From an uncultured Candidatus Saccharibacteria bacterium (GTDB lineage: Bacteria; Patescibacteriota; Dojkabacteria; SC72), in assembly GCA_964610125.1 (NCBI GenBank), contig CAZSUV010000001.1, positions 319,877 through 383,876 of the forward strand: 64,000 bases of DNA, given 5' to 3'. A program made the translations under genes and the position numbers. The notes beneath the pieces were generated by a model. That model was given only the letters and a program-made list of their open reading frames with translations. It was not told where the DNA came from and made no database searches. Shown here piece by piece: positions 9,359 through 18,559 of this stretch (positions are counted from its first letter, which is position 1; each line of letters starts with the position of its first letter).

Positions 9359-10573
9359 ATGTTAGTTACAACTAATGTAGATCCAGTAGCAAAAATTAAG
9401 GTAGTAGGAGTAGGTGGTGGTGGTTGTAATGCAATCAACACTATGATTACTGACTATGATATTCCAGGTGTGGATTTCATGGCCTTTAATACCGATGCAC
9501 AGGCATTAAAGATGTCTCAAGCTCCTGTTACATTGCAATTAGGTGAGGAATTAACACGTGGACTAGGAGTTGGTGGGAATCATGACATGGGTGCACAAGC
9601 AGCTGAAGAGAGCCTTGATCAAATACAAGAATTTCTAGAAGGTGCAAACATGGTATTCATCACTGCTGGTATGGGTGGTGGAACTGGAACAGGTGCAGCT
9701 CCAATCATTGCAGGTGTTGCTAAGAATATGGGAGCATTAACTGTAGCTGTAGTAACCAAACCGTTTGAATTTGAAGGTAACAAAAGAAAAGAGATAGCTG
9801 AAGAAGGTATTGCTGCTTTGAAAGACAAAGTTGATACATTGATTGTTGTTCCTAATCAAAGATTACTAGAAATTGTTGATGAGAGTGAAAAACTTTCATT
9901 CATTGATGCAATGAAGAAGGTAGATTCCGTATTAGCAGAAGGTGTGAACAGTATTTCCAATTTGATTAGTCAAACAGGATATATTAATGCAGACTTCAAT
10001 GATGCTAAATCTGTAATGCAGAATGCTGGTACAGCATTAATGGGAATTGGTAGAGCAAGTGGTGAGAATAGGGCTGAGAACGCAGCTAGAGCTGCTACAA
10101 CAAGCCCACTTCTTGATATGTCTATTGAGGGTGCAACTGGAGTTCTCTACAATGTAGTAGGCTCTGATTTAACACTCACGGAAATAAGTCAGGTATCTGA
10201 ATTAATCAAAGAAGCTGTCGATCCATCAGCAAATATTAAATTTGGAGCTCAAATTGACCCAAGTGCTGGTGATGTATTAACAATAACAATTGTTGCTACA
10301 GGTTTTGATGAAAATAAACAGGTATTTACTAAGAAGCAAAAAGGAGTAGATGAAAATGTAAGAACATTTGGGTTTAAGCCTAGAGCTGAGGAAGTAAAAC
10401 CAGAACCAGAAATTGATACCGATGAAGATGATGTATTAGAATCCTTTGAAAAAGCAAATCTTCAAGAAGAAGACGAGCAAGAGAAGGTAATACCTTCATT
10501 ACCAAAGAATAATTATGAAGATGGAGATGATCCTTTGGACATTCCAACCTTTATGAGAAGAAACAAACAATAG
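9359..10573 (+). CDS. ftsZ: cell division GTPase FtsZ
   Basis: Tubulin signature GGGTGTGAAPIIA and N-terminal VVGVGGGGCNAIN. Acidic C-terminal tail ending DIPTFMRR. Confidence 0.95.
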   Translation: MLVTTNVDPVAKIKVVGVGGGGCNAINTMITDYDIPGVDFMAFNTDAQALKMSQAPVTLQLGEELTRGLGVGGNHDMGAQAAEESLDQIQEFLEGANMVFITAGMGGGTGTGAAPIIAGVAKNMGALTVAVVTKPFEFEGNKRKEIAEEGIAALKDKVDTLIVVPNQRLLEIVDESEKLSFIDAMKKVDSVLAEGVNSISNLISQTGYINADFNDAKSVMQNAGTALMGIGRASGENRAENAARAATTSPLLDMSIEGATGVLYNVVGSDLTLTEISQVSELIKEAVDPSANIKFGAQIDPSAGDVLTITIVATGFDENKQVFTKKQKGVDENVRTFGFKPRAEEVKPEPEIDTDEDDVLESFEKANLQEEDEQEKVIPSLPKNNYEDGDDPLDIPTFMRRNKQ

Positions 10574-10588
10574 GTATTGTGTTAGAAT

Positions 10589-11926
10589 TTGTTATCTATG
10601 AATTCCCTAATAAATAAATCAAGGACATTTTTATCTATTGATTGGAAAATTCTATTCCCTACCATTTTGCTGTCAATATTAGGTTTGATAACCATTCTTT
10701 CGACAACCATTTTACCTGAGGGAGGGTATGGCGATTTAGGAATTGTTTGGAAACAGGTAATCTCATTGGGTATCGGTTTTATTCTTTTCTTTGTTATCTC
10801 CATCATAGATCTATCATATTTAAAGTATTGGCAAGTTATGCTAGTTGTATGGGTAGCTACAGTATTCCTTCTCGCTTTAACGTTAATAATTGGGCCTGAA
10901 ATAAATGGAGTTAAGCGATGGCTTTACATTGGTGGAACTCAAATACAACCATCTGAGATAGCTAAATTTGCAGTCATAGTTATAACTGCTGGAATATTCT
11001 CCATGCGAGGTAAGTTAAACGAACTAGTACTTTTTGCGATTACCTTTCTCTCTACCATTGCCTTCTTCATCCTCATATATCTCGAACCAGGAGGAAGTAT
11101 GTCTCTGCTAACATTAGCAATCTGGTTCCTAATGACTTTTTTGGCATTGAGTAACCCACTTAGAAATACATTATTAATATTAATCATAGCTAGTGTATCA
11201 GGTGGATTCTTGATTGCAGCTGTAACAGGGAATTGGATATGGTATCTAACAATTATACTGGGTATTGTACTCACGGTATTCATTCTGTATTCAAAGATTA
11301 ATTGGAAACCATTAGCAATTGGATCATTGGTATTAGGTCTTGTATTAGGAATTTTTTTCACAATCTCTTGGGATTCAATACTACATGACTATCAAAAAAA
11401 TCGAATCATTGCATTTATTAATCCTACAGAAGAAACTGTTTTAGAAGATGAAGGGTTCAACGTTAATCAGTCAAAGATTGCAATTGGGTCGGGCCAATTA
11501 CTAGGTAAAGGCTTCGGTAATGGAACTCAAAGTAAAAGAAATTTTCTACCTGAACATCAAACAGACTTCATATTTGCCTCCTTTGCAGAGGAGTTTGGTT
11601 TGGTAGGCAGTGTGTTTGTATTAGGGTTGTATGGGTTTTTAATAGTATATTGTTTTGTAGTTGCAATTAATGTTATTCAAAATCCATTGCATTCTCTAAT
11701 ATGTATTGGGGTTGGGATTAAGCTCCTTCTAGAGGTATTTATAAACCTAGGTACAAATATGGGAACTATACCTGCCACAGGTATACCATTACCGTTAATG
11801 AGTGCAGGAGGGACCATAACTATAATGACATTGGTGTGTTTGGGATTGGTTCAAAACATTGCAGTGAGACATAAGCAGGGGCATAGAGATAGAAGTGGGG
11901 AGATACTGGATGTATATGAGGATTAA
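10589..11926 (+). CDS. ftsW: SEDS-family peptidoglycan glycosyltransferase (FtsW/RodA)
   Basis: 10 TM helices. Conserved GSGQLLGKGFGNG...LPEHQTDFIFA...MSAGGT motifs of the FtsW/RodA/SpoVE family. Confidence 0.85.
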   Translation: MLSMNSLINKSRTFLSIDWKILFPTILLSILGLITILSTTILPEGGYGDLGIVWKQVISLGIGFILFFVISIIDLSYLKYWQVMLVVWVATVFLLALTLIIGPEINGVKRWLYIGGTQIQPSEIAKFAVIVITAGIFSMRGKLNELVLFAITFLSTIAFFILIYLEPGGSMSLLTLAIWFLMTFLALSNPLRNTLLILIIASVSGGFLIAAVTGNWIWYLTIILGIVLTVFILYSKINWKPLAIGSLVLGLVLGIFFTISWDSILHDYQKNRIIAFINPTEETVLEDEGFNVNQSKIAIGSGQLLGKGFGNGTQSKRNFLPEHQTDFIFASFAEEFGLVGSVFVLGLYGFLIVYCFVVAINVIQNPLHSLICIGVGIKLLLEVFINLGTNMGTIPATGIPLPLMSAGGTITIMTLVCLGLVQNIAVRHKQGHRDRSGEILDVYED

Positions 11927-11939
11927 TTTCTCCTATTTA

Positions 11940-11968
11940 TTGACATTTTAGCCATATTCCATTAAAAT
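11940..11968 (+). promoter_or_regulatory. sigma70-like promoter for rplU (TTGACA - 17 nt - TAAAAT). The transcript would be nearly leaderless.
   Basis: -35 TTGACA at 11940-11945 and -10 TAAAAT at 11963-11968. The rplU ATG is at 11977 with no SD sequence between. Confidence 0.35.
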
Positions 11969-11976
11969 CCTTACTC

Positions 11977-12333
11977 ATGACAGAAACAAAGAAAGAAACC
12001 AAAACAATAGAAAAATCAGTAGAAAACAAGTTTGCAGTAATCAAAATTGCAGGAACCCAATTAAAAGTATCCGAAGGACAGGAGTTTGAAGTAAGAAAAA
12101 TTGAAGGTAAAAAAGGTGATGTAATCGAAATAACAGACGTTCTTCTAATATCCGATGGTGATAAAGTAACACTTGGAACCCCAGTAATTGAGGGTGCTAA
12201 AGTAGTATTAGAAATCACTTCTCAGAAAAAAGGAGAAAAGGTTAACGGCTTCAAGTTTAGTGCAAAATCTAGAAATAGAACACACTTTGGAGCAAGACAG
12301 TTAATCACAAAAGTTCTTGTTAAGAAGATATAA
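11977..12333 (+). CDS. rplU: 50S ribosomal protein L21
   Basis: KFAVIKIAGTQLKVSEGQ matches the L21 N-terminal core (YAVIKTGGKQYKV). There is a short N-terminal extension. Confidence 0.85.
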   Translation: MTETKKETKTIEKSVENKFAVIKIAGTQLKVSEGQEFEVRKIEGKKGDVIEITDVLLISDGDKVTLGTPVIEGAKVVLEITSQKKGEKVNGFKFSAKSRNRTHFGARQLITKVLVKKI

Positions 12334-12338
12334 CTATA

Positions 12339-13526
12339 ATGTCCAAACAATATTTTTTCGAGGCAGGAAGTTTCCAAGATCTCTCATACACCGAGCTAGT
12401 TTCAGTTTTCAACCTCTATGGTGTTAGCAAAGATCGTATTCAAAGATTCACAGACAAAGTATTCATAGTTAGAGATAACGAAGTATCTGAGGAAATTGTA
12501 AAAAAGATTTACAACAGACTTGGAGGATTTGTTAGATATGGATATCTCTTAGATCAGGTAGATACATTCTTAGCAGAATATATTGCCAAAGGAACAAAAG
12601 TAACATTCGGTGTAAGTATTTTAGGTAATAGTCATTCCAAAGATCATGTCTTTTTAAGAAAACTTTCAAATGAATTGAAGGATGAGTTAAAAAGAAATGA
12701 AATATCATCAAGATTCATTAGACCATTAAGTGGAGAAACCGAACTCAATGCAGCTCAAGTGTTAAAAAATGAAATAATCGAAAAAGGTTTTGAACTATGT
12801 ATCATCAAGAGCGAAAATGCTGAAATATATGGTTGTACCATGGGAGTACAGGATATCGAAGGCTTTGCAATGCGAGACTATGATAGACCTCATACTGACG
12901 TAAAAATGGGGACATTACCTCCAAAACTTGCAAGAATGATGATCAATCTTGCTGGACTTAAGGAAGGAATCATATGGGATCCATTCTGTGGATCAGGAAC
13001 AATACCAATGGAGGCTGCAGTATTAGGATTTGATATATTGGGGTCAGATATTGATGAAAATGCACTAGAATATACCGAAAAGAATATTGAATGGGCATCA
13101 GACAAGGGATTAATTGGAATTATTAAGTATGATATTTTCCATTTAGATGTAAAAGAACCAGATAACCGAACATTGGCAAAATTGAGAAAAACACCAATAT
13201 CAGCTGTGGTTTGCGAACCATTCATGGGGCCACCTCAAAGAAGTACACTTTTTTCAGGTAAAGCAGAACTATTCCTCAAACGCGTAGAAGAGCTTTACAA
13301 AGGGCTTTTTGATATATTACAAGAAGTAACTCACGAAGGATTTATAGTTGTTATGATTATCCCTTCATACAAAACATCATGGGGTTGGAAAACAATCGGA
13401 GTAAGAGATATTGTTGGAAAACGATGGGAAGTACTAAATACTGAATTATCTGGTGGTAGGGACTTGAAGTGGAGCCGTAAAAATAGTATTATCACTAGGA
13501 ACATTTTCATATTACGCAGAAAATAA
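12339..13526 (+). CDS. SAM-dependent RNA methyltransferase, THUMP/COG0116 (RlmL-like) type
   Basis: DPFCGSGTIPMEAAVLG (motif I of the N6-adenine/m2G methyltransferase family) and the post-motif CEPFMGPP. It is inserted between rplU and rpmA. Confidence 0.6.
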   Translation: MSKQYFFEAGSFQDLSYTELVSVFNLYGVSKDRIQRFTDKVFIVRDNEVSEEIVKKIYNRLGGFVRYGYLLDQVDTFLAEYIAKGTKVTFGVSILGNSHSKDHVFLRKLSNELKDELKRNEISSRFIRPLSGETELNAAQVLKNEIIEKGFELCIIKSENAEIYGCTMGVQDIEGFAMRDYDRPHTDVKMGTLPPKLARMMINLAGLKEGIIWDPFCGSGTIPMEAAVLGFDILGSDIDENALEYTEKNIEWASDKGLIGIIKYDIFHLDVKEPDNRTLAKLRKTPISAVVCEPFMGPPQRSTLFSGKAELFLKRVEELYKGLFDILQEVTHEGFIVVMIIPSYKTSWGWKTIGVRDIVGKRWEVLNTELSGGRDLKWSRKNSIITRNIFILRRK

Positions 13527-13563
13527 ACTGAGTAATATATATATTAATTGTTAAGGTAGCACA

Positions 13564-13830
13564 ATGTCACATGTCGTAGGTGCAGCAAGCACATCAAACA
13601 ATGGCCATGTAGCAGGTAAAAGATTAGGTGTTAAGAAATTTGCTGGAGAGGCTGTAAGAGACGGAAATATTATTGTCAAACAAAAAGGTTCTGTATACCA
13701 TCCAGGTAAGAACGCTTATATGTCTAAAGACTACTCCATTCATGCAAATATTGATGGCTTCGTCCAGTTTAGAAGAATGACTGGTTTCAAAAGAGGACAA
13801 TACTTTGTAGATATTGTAGAATCAATCTAA
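13564..13830 (+). CDS. rpmA: 50S ribosomal protein L27
   Basis: GKRLGVKKFAGEAVRDGNIIVKQKGSVYHPGKN matches the L27 core. 88 aa. Confidence 0.9.
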   Translation: MSHVVGAASTSNNGHVAGKRLGVKKFAGEAVRDGNIIVKQKGSVYHPGKNAYMSKDYSIHANIDGFVQFRRMTGFKRGQYFVDIVESI

Positions 13831-14582
13831 TGGCTAAATCCAAGTTCGTACAGATCGAGAGTAAAAATGCTCTACTTGAGTTATTAAAAGAGGGTAGAGA
13901 TTTTGAAAGATTATATGTAGCAACAAGCGCCTTTAAAGATCCAATTACCAAAGAAATTGTAGAAATTGCAGCAGCTAGAAAGATCCCAATGTTGAAAGTT
14001 TCCAAGAAGATCATTAACAGACGTCTTCGAACTTCCACATCTGAGAGTGTTATTGGTTATATGTATTCTCAGAATAACTGGGAATTAGAGGAACTATTAA
14101 ATCATTTAACAGCAGATGGTAACAAACAACCATTTTTCCTTATTCTTGATGAATTAAAATATACCCAAAACATTGCAGCTATAATGAGATCTGCATTTGC
14201 TGCTGGTGTTAATGGCATTATTGTAAATCCTCAGGAAAAAGGTTTGGTAACTAACGAAACTATTAGAATATCCGAGGGTGCAGCAGAAAGAATTCCTCTA
14301 GTAGAGATGAGTCTTTTTGCAGCTATAAAAATCCTAAAGGATAACGATGTAAAGGTAGTAGGGGTACATATGCAGGGGGAGCACTACTTTGATGTAGATC
14401 TTAGAGGCCCAGTAGCATTAGTACTTGGAGCTGAAGATACTGGAATATCAAATGGTATTTTAGAAAGATGTGATGTATTAGCCTCAATCCCTATGCGTGA
14501 AGGTATCGGTTCATTGAATGTAAGTGCAACTGGTGCTGTAATGGTATATGAGAAGCTTAGACAGGAACTTAAAGGTTTCTAA
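13830..14582 (+). CDS. SpoU/TrmH-family 2'-O-ribose RNA methyltransferase (RlmB-like)
   Basis: C-terminal SPOUT motifs LVLGAEDTGISNGILERCDVLASIPM...GSLNVSATGAVMVYE. Confidence 0.75.
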   Translation: MAKSKFVQIESKNALLELLKEGRDFERLYVATSAFKDPITKEIVEIAAARKIPMLKVSKKIINRRLRTSTSESVIGYMYSQNNWELEELLNHLTADGNKQPFFLILDELKYTQNIAAIMRSAFAAGVNGIIVNPQEKGLVTNETIRISEGAAERIPLVEMSLFAAIKILKDNDVKVVGVHMQGEHYFDVDLRGPVALVLGAEDTGISNGILERCDVLASIPMREGIGSLNVSATGAVMVYEKLRQELKGF

Positions 14583-15430
14583 ATCAATTTCCCCATTAAG
14601 TCATTTAATTCCTCAAGTGAGTTGTATCTAATTACAACTTTTCCACCTTTTGTCATCTTAGTTATATGTGCTGTATATCCTAATTTCTGACTTAATTGCG
14701 TAGAGAATTTATCTGTTGTAGAATCAGTCTTTTTCCAACTTCTAGTTGTTGAACCTTTCCCGTAGTTAATCTTTCTAACTAAAGCTTCGGTTTCTCTTAC
14801 GCTCATTCCTCTTTTAATGACAAGATCTGCAGCAGCTATTAATGACACTCTGTCCTTAATACCAAGTAATGCTCTTGCATGTCCTTCACTTAGTTTCTCA
14901 TTCAAAACTTCTTCTTTAACTTCATCAGGGATATTGAGTAATCGAATCTTGTTTGTAATTGCGACTCTACTTAATCCCATTTTTTTAGCAATAATATCTT
15001 GAGAGATACCAAATTCATCCTGCATCTGTTTAAATGCATAGGCTTCTTCCAATGGATTAAGATCCTTTCTTTGAACGTTCTCGATGATTGCCAATTCAAG
15101 CATTTCTTGAGGGGAAGAATCTTTAAGCAGTACTGGCACTGTCTTCATTCCTGCCAATTGTGAAGCTCTAAGTCTTCTTTCTCCTGCAATCAAGAAATAT
15201 CTGTCTGAATTCTTGTCCTTAGTTATGATTAATGGTTGTATTACTCCATGTTCTCTGATTGAATCCGCTATCTCTATCAATTCCTCAGGATCAATATGCA
15301 TTCTTGGTTGATATGGATTGGGTTGAATATTGTTAATATCAAAGTTTTCAACAAACGAGTTGTTGGTATTTGCCATTTCATTGGAATTGATTAATGCTGC
15401 TAATCCTCTTCCTAATCCTTGTTCGTTCAT
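14579..15430 (-). CDS. parB: chromosome partitioning protein ParB/Spo0J
   Basis: MNEQGLGRGLAALI N-terminus and the ParB box GERRLRASQLAG. HTH MGLSRVAITNKIRLL. Confidence 0.85.
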   Translation of the reverse strand: MNEQGLGRGLAALINSNEMANTNNSFVENFDINNIQPNPYQPRMHIDPEELIEIADSIREHGVIQPLIITKDKNSDRYFLIAGERRLRASQLAGMKTVPVLLKDSSPQEMLELAIIENVQRKDLNPLEEAYAFKQMQDEFGISQDIIAKKMGLSRVAITNKIRLLNIPDEVKEEVLNEKLSEGHARALLGIKDRVSLIAAADLVIKRGMSVRETEALVRKINYGKGSTTRSWKKTDSTTDKFSTQLSQKLGYTAHITKMTKGGKVVIRYNSLEELNDLMGKLI

Positions 15431-15457
15431 TTTAGTAAATATATATTAATTTAATAC

Positions 15458-16246
15458 TTAAAACCTTGCTATGAACTCCTGGGCTAATTTTTTGTAAGCC
15501 AGAGCTCCTGTGGATTTGTCATCATATTGGAATATGGTTTTGCCATGGGATGGTGCTTCTGAAAGCCTAACATTTCGAGGTACTATGGATTTAAAGGCTG
15601 TATCTTTAAAGAAACTTAATACATCGTTAACTACACTTTCTGAAAGTTTGGTTCTACTGTCGTACATGGTTAATATGACGCCTCCAATTGTAAGATTGGG
15701 GTTTATGCCTTTTATGAGCTTTGTTGTCTCTAAGAGCAATCCTAGCCCCTCTAGTGCGAAGTATTCACACTGTATGGGGATGAGAACTTTGTCACATGCA
15801 CTTAATGCATTAATTGTGAGTAATCCAAGTGAAGGAGGACAGTCTATGATTACATAGTCAAAGTCATCTACTAGTGTAGAAAGTGCTTTCTTAAGCAATG
15901 TTTCTCTTGAGAGCATGTTAACCATTTCAATTTCTGCTCCTGCAAGACTTAAATGTGATGGTACTAAGAAGAGGTTAGGGGTAGAAGTTGATACAAATAC
16001 AGTTGAAATTGGAACTTTGTTGACTAATACATCATATATATTCTTGTATGGTGGTTGGTCAGTTGAAGTCCAATTCGTTTTATCAAATTGTTGTGTAAAT
16101 CCTAATCCTGACGAGAGGTTGGCCTGTGGATCTAAATCAATGAGAAGTACTTTCTTCTTCTTGAGTGCAAGACTTGCTCCAAGATTCATCGCAGTAGTTG
16201 TTTTACCAACTCCTCCTTTTTGATTAGCTATAACGAATGTTTTCAT
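15458..16246 (-). CDS. parA: chromosome partitioning ATPase ParA/Soj
   Basis: Deviant Walker A NQKGGVGKTTTAMNLG, 262 aa, immediately upstream of parB. Confidence 0.9.
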   Translation of the reverse strand: MKTFVIANQKGGVGKTTTAMNLGASLALKKKKVLLIDLDPQANLSSGLGFTQQFDKTNWTSTDQPPYKNIYDVLVNKVPISTVFVSTSTPNLFLVPSHLSLAGAEIEMVNMLSRETLLKKALSTLVDDFDYVIIDCPPSLGLLTINALSACDKVLIPIQCEYFALEGLGLLLETTKLIKGINPNLTIGGVILTMYDSRTKLSESVVNDVLSFFKDTAFKSIVPRNVRLSEAPSHGKTIFQYDDKSTGALAYKKLAQEFIARF

Positions 16247-16283
16247 ATGCTTCTTCTAATTTATCATGTTTCACACTCGCGGT

Positions 16284-16892
16284 CTAGAGGTTTGTGTATG
16301 TTTGATGTTGAGCAATTCTGAAGTTGCTGAAAGGAAAGTAAACGATCCATGCTTTCCCCTTGATATTCGCTTTCTCAATTGGCCCAAATGATCTTGAATC
16401 TGAACTGTGTTGTCGGTTATCTCCACATGCAAAGTATTTGCCTTCTGGTACTGTTATGGTTTCTCCCTCATGTAGATATTCACCACCATTGGAATATACT
16501 GATGCATCAAGATATCCTGATTCATCTAATTCTTTTCCATTTACATATATATGTCCATCTTTAAGCATTATCTGATCTCCTGGCAACCCAATTACTCTTT
16601 TGATGAAATCTTGGGTATCTGAATATTTGAATATTATGACGTCTCCTCGTTTTGGTTCTGAGAATTTGTATACCATTTTGTTTGCCATGAGGTATTCTCC
16701 ATCTTTGTATGTTGGATACATTGAGCTTCCAATGACTTCGTGTGGGGTCATAATGAAGAGGTAGAGTACTATGGAGATTACTAATGCAACGACTATTGTT
16801 TCTAGGAATGAGAGTAAGAATTGTCCTATGGATGTGAATGCTCCAGCTATTTTCTCTGTTCCTGTTACTTTTTGTTCTTCTGTTTCGTACAT
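16284..16892 (-). CDS. lepB: signal peptidase I
   Basis: Catalytic Ser box IGSSMYPTYKDGEY, Lys box and GDNRQHSSDSR. Confidence 0.85.
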   Translation of the reverse strand: MYETEEQKVTGTEKIAGAFTSIGQFLLSFLETIVVALVISIVLYLFIMTPHEVIGSSMYPTYKDGEYLMANKMVYKFSEPKRGDVIIFKYSDTQDFIKRVIGLPGDQIMLKDGHIYVNGKELDESGYLDASVYSNGGEYLHEGETITVPEGKYFACGDNRQHSSDSRSFGPIEKANIKGKAWIVYFPFSNFRIAQHQTYTNL

Positions 16893-16966
16893 TTATGGCA
16901 GATATACAATTTAATGTGTAGACTCTGAAATTGTACAATTTTTAGGGAGGTTTGACAAAGATTCAA

Positions 16967-17722
16967 TTATATTTTGAGTTTAAATCCACTTCTACTCCAA
17001 AACCATAATGGTGAATGTACATCTATTGGGTCTATACCAGAACCTTTAAGCGAATTTCTCCATCTAAGGGAGATATCTTCTCTTGATATCTTGTTAGCTT
17101 CTTCGTTACTGATTACACCTAGTTTAATTGAAGCTTGAATCACATGGGTATCAGGGGCAATTTCAATATACTCGCGATTTTTAAGTTTAATATCTGCATA
17201 TTCTTGGATAATATATGCCCAGTAATTAAATATTTTTGGTCCTGAAAGATATGGGAATGATTTCTTGTATTTATTTTGTACAATTTCTTTTAATTTAAGA
17301 AAATCATAATCAGTACTTTCTAGTAGCAAAGCTATACTTCCCCAGTTTTCATTGATTGTTTTTGATATTCTATTCCAAGTATCAATATGTTTGTTAGGTT
17401 GAAGTGCCAGTTTATACTTCAACAAATAATTTCTTAATATTTCAGTATTTAGTTGAGAAGCTGTTTCCATATTAAACACTGCTTTTGTTTCGGTATCTTC
17501 CCAAGTTTTTAATGCTGCTTCCCAAAGTTTGTAACTATTTCTTTGGTAGTTTAAAGCCATGGGAAGGGTAAAATACAAGAGTTTTTCTTCTTGAGTATTA
17601 AAAATAGGGTGAGATTCTTCGGGCATCGCAGTGTCTCCCAAAAGACCATCATTGTAAGCTTTCAAAAGTGTATTTACTCTCTTAATGAAGTCGTTGTTGG
17701 AGTTCATTATTAATAATAACAT
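16967..17722 (-). CDS. hypothetical protein (possible helix-hairpin-helix-like LSGPKIFNYWAYII segment)
   Basis: 251 aa. Only a weak resemblance to the HhH-GPD GxGPKxA element. No confident assignment. Confidence 0.3.
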   Translation of the reverse strand: MLLLIMNSNNDFIKRVNTLLKAYNDGLLGDTAMPEESHPIFNTQEEKLLYFTLPMALNYQRNSYKLWEAALKTWEDTETKAVFNMETASQLNTEILRNYLLKYKLALQPNKHIDTWNRISKTINENWGSIALLLESTDYDFLKLKEIVQNKYKKSFPYLSGPKIFNYWAYIIQEYADIKLKNREYIEIAPDTHVIQASIKLGVISNEEANKISREDISLRWRNSLKGSGIDPIDVHSPLWFWSRSGFKLKI

Positions 17723-17743
17723 GAATCCTGGGATTGAATAATA

Positions 17744-17816
17744 TACCGCTACGGGGGATCGAACCCCGGTTTACAGGATGAAAACCTGTTGTCCTAGACC
17801 ACTAGACGATAGCGGC
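17744..17816 (-). tRNA. tRNA-Glu (anticodon TTC)
   Basis: Reverse complement GCCGCTATCGTCTAGTGGTCTAGGAC..ACAGG-TTTTCAT-CCTGT..GGGGTTCGATCCCCCGTAGCGGTA. G1-U72 wobble. No CCA encoded. Confidence 0.85.
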
Positions 17817-17874
17817 ATAATTAACCAATATGGATTCTAACAAAATAATCTGTGTTTGTGAAGTAAGAAAGGCT

Positions 17875-18123
17875 TTACTTAGAATGTTGTCTTTCCTTTT
17901 CTAACTGTCTTAAAAGCTGTTGTTCTTCTGCAAATGTAGCTCTTTGATATTGATTTAACTCTTTGTCGAATACATATCGTCTTTTACATTTACACTCAAC
18001 CATGAATCTATTGTTTGAAAGATTCCCTAATCTTTTTGCACTTTCTAATGAATTGGTACAACCTACACAAAGCTTTCTCTCGAGCAAGACTGATTGAAAA
18101 GGTCTGATGATGAACTTGAACAT
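17875..18123 (-). CDS. small basic zinc-ribbon protein (CxxC...CxC)
   Basis: 82 aa with CVGC and CKC pairs and a basic, coiled C-terminus. It lies between two tRNA genes. Confidence 0.35.
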   Translation of the reverse strand: MFKFIIRPFQSVLLERKLCVGCTNSLESAKRLGNLSNNRFMVECKCKRRYVFDKELNQYQRATFAEEQQLLRQLEKERQHSK

Positions 18124-18145
18124 GTGTTAGTTAGTTATAAATAAG

Positions 18146-18231
18146 TGCCGGGGACAGGAGTTGAACCTGCAAGGGATATTACTCCCACTTGCTCCTAAGG
18201 CAAGCGCGTCTGCCAATTTCGCCACCTCGGC
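18146..18231 (-). tRNA. tRNA-Leu (anticodon TAG), long variable arm
   Basis: Reverse complement GCCGAGGTGGCGAAATTGGCAGACGCG-CTTGC-CTTAGGA-GCAAG-(variable arm)-GCAGGTTCAACTCCTGT-CCCCGGC-A. There is one A5.C68 acceptor mismatch. Confidence 0.8.
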
Positions 18232-18265
18232 ATATATACTTACAAGGGATATTCTACTAAAGATG

Positions 18266-18559
18266 CTAACTTTCTTCAATGTCACCAAATACTTTCCCAT
18301 ATACTTTCACAAATCCAGCTTCCTTGTGTTTAGCATTTCTTAAGACATCTTCTTGAGATAAAGACTCTTGAGGGATGTCTTCTCTTAATTCCGCAAACTT
18401 AACATGCGCTTTCATAGGTTGAACATCATCAGTATTAACATCCTTGAGAAGAGTAACTGATTCAAGTATTGTTTCCATCTGTGGTGTAAACTTTTCTAAC
18501 TCTTCAGGTGTAAGAGTAATTCTAGATAGCTCAGCTGTATGTTTAACATCTATTTTCAT
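18266..18559 (-). CDS. gatC: Asp/Glu-tRNA(Asn/Gln) amidotransferase subunit C
   Basis: 97 aa, MKIDVKHTAELSRITLTPEELEKF. Its stop overlaps the gatB start. Confidence 0.8.
   Translation of the reverse strand: MKIDVKHTAELSRITLTPEELEKFTPQMETILESVTLLKDVNTDDVQPMKAHVKFAELREDIPQESLSQEDVLRNAKHKEAGFVKVYGKVFGDIEES

Noticed and set aside
16360-16938. Three overlapping ORFs (16360..16575 +, 16379..16564 +, 16561..16938 -)
   Set aside because: All lie within or antisense to the well-supported lepB gene. They are low-complexity and show no motifs.
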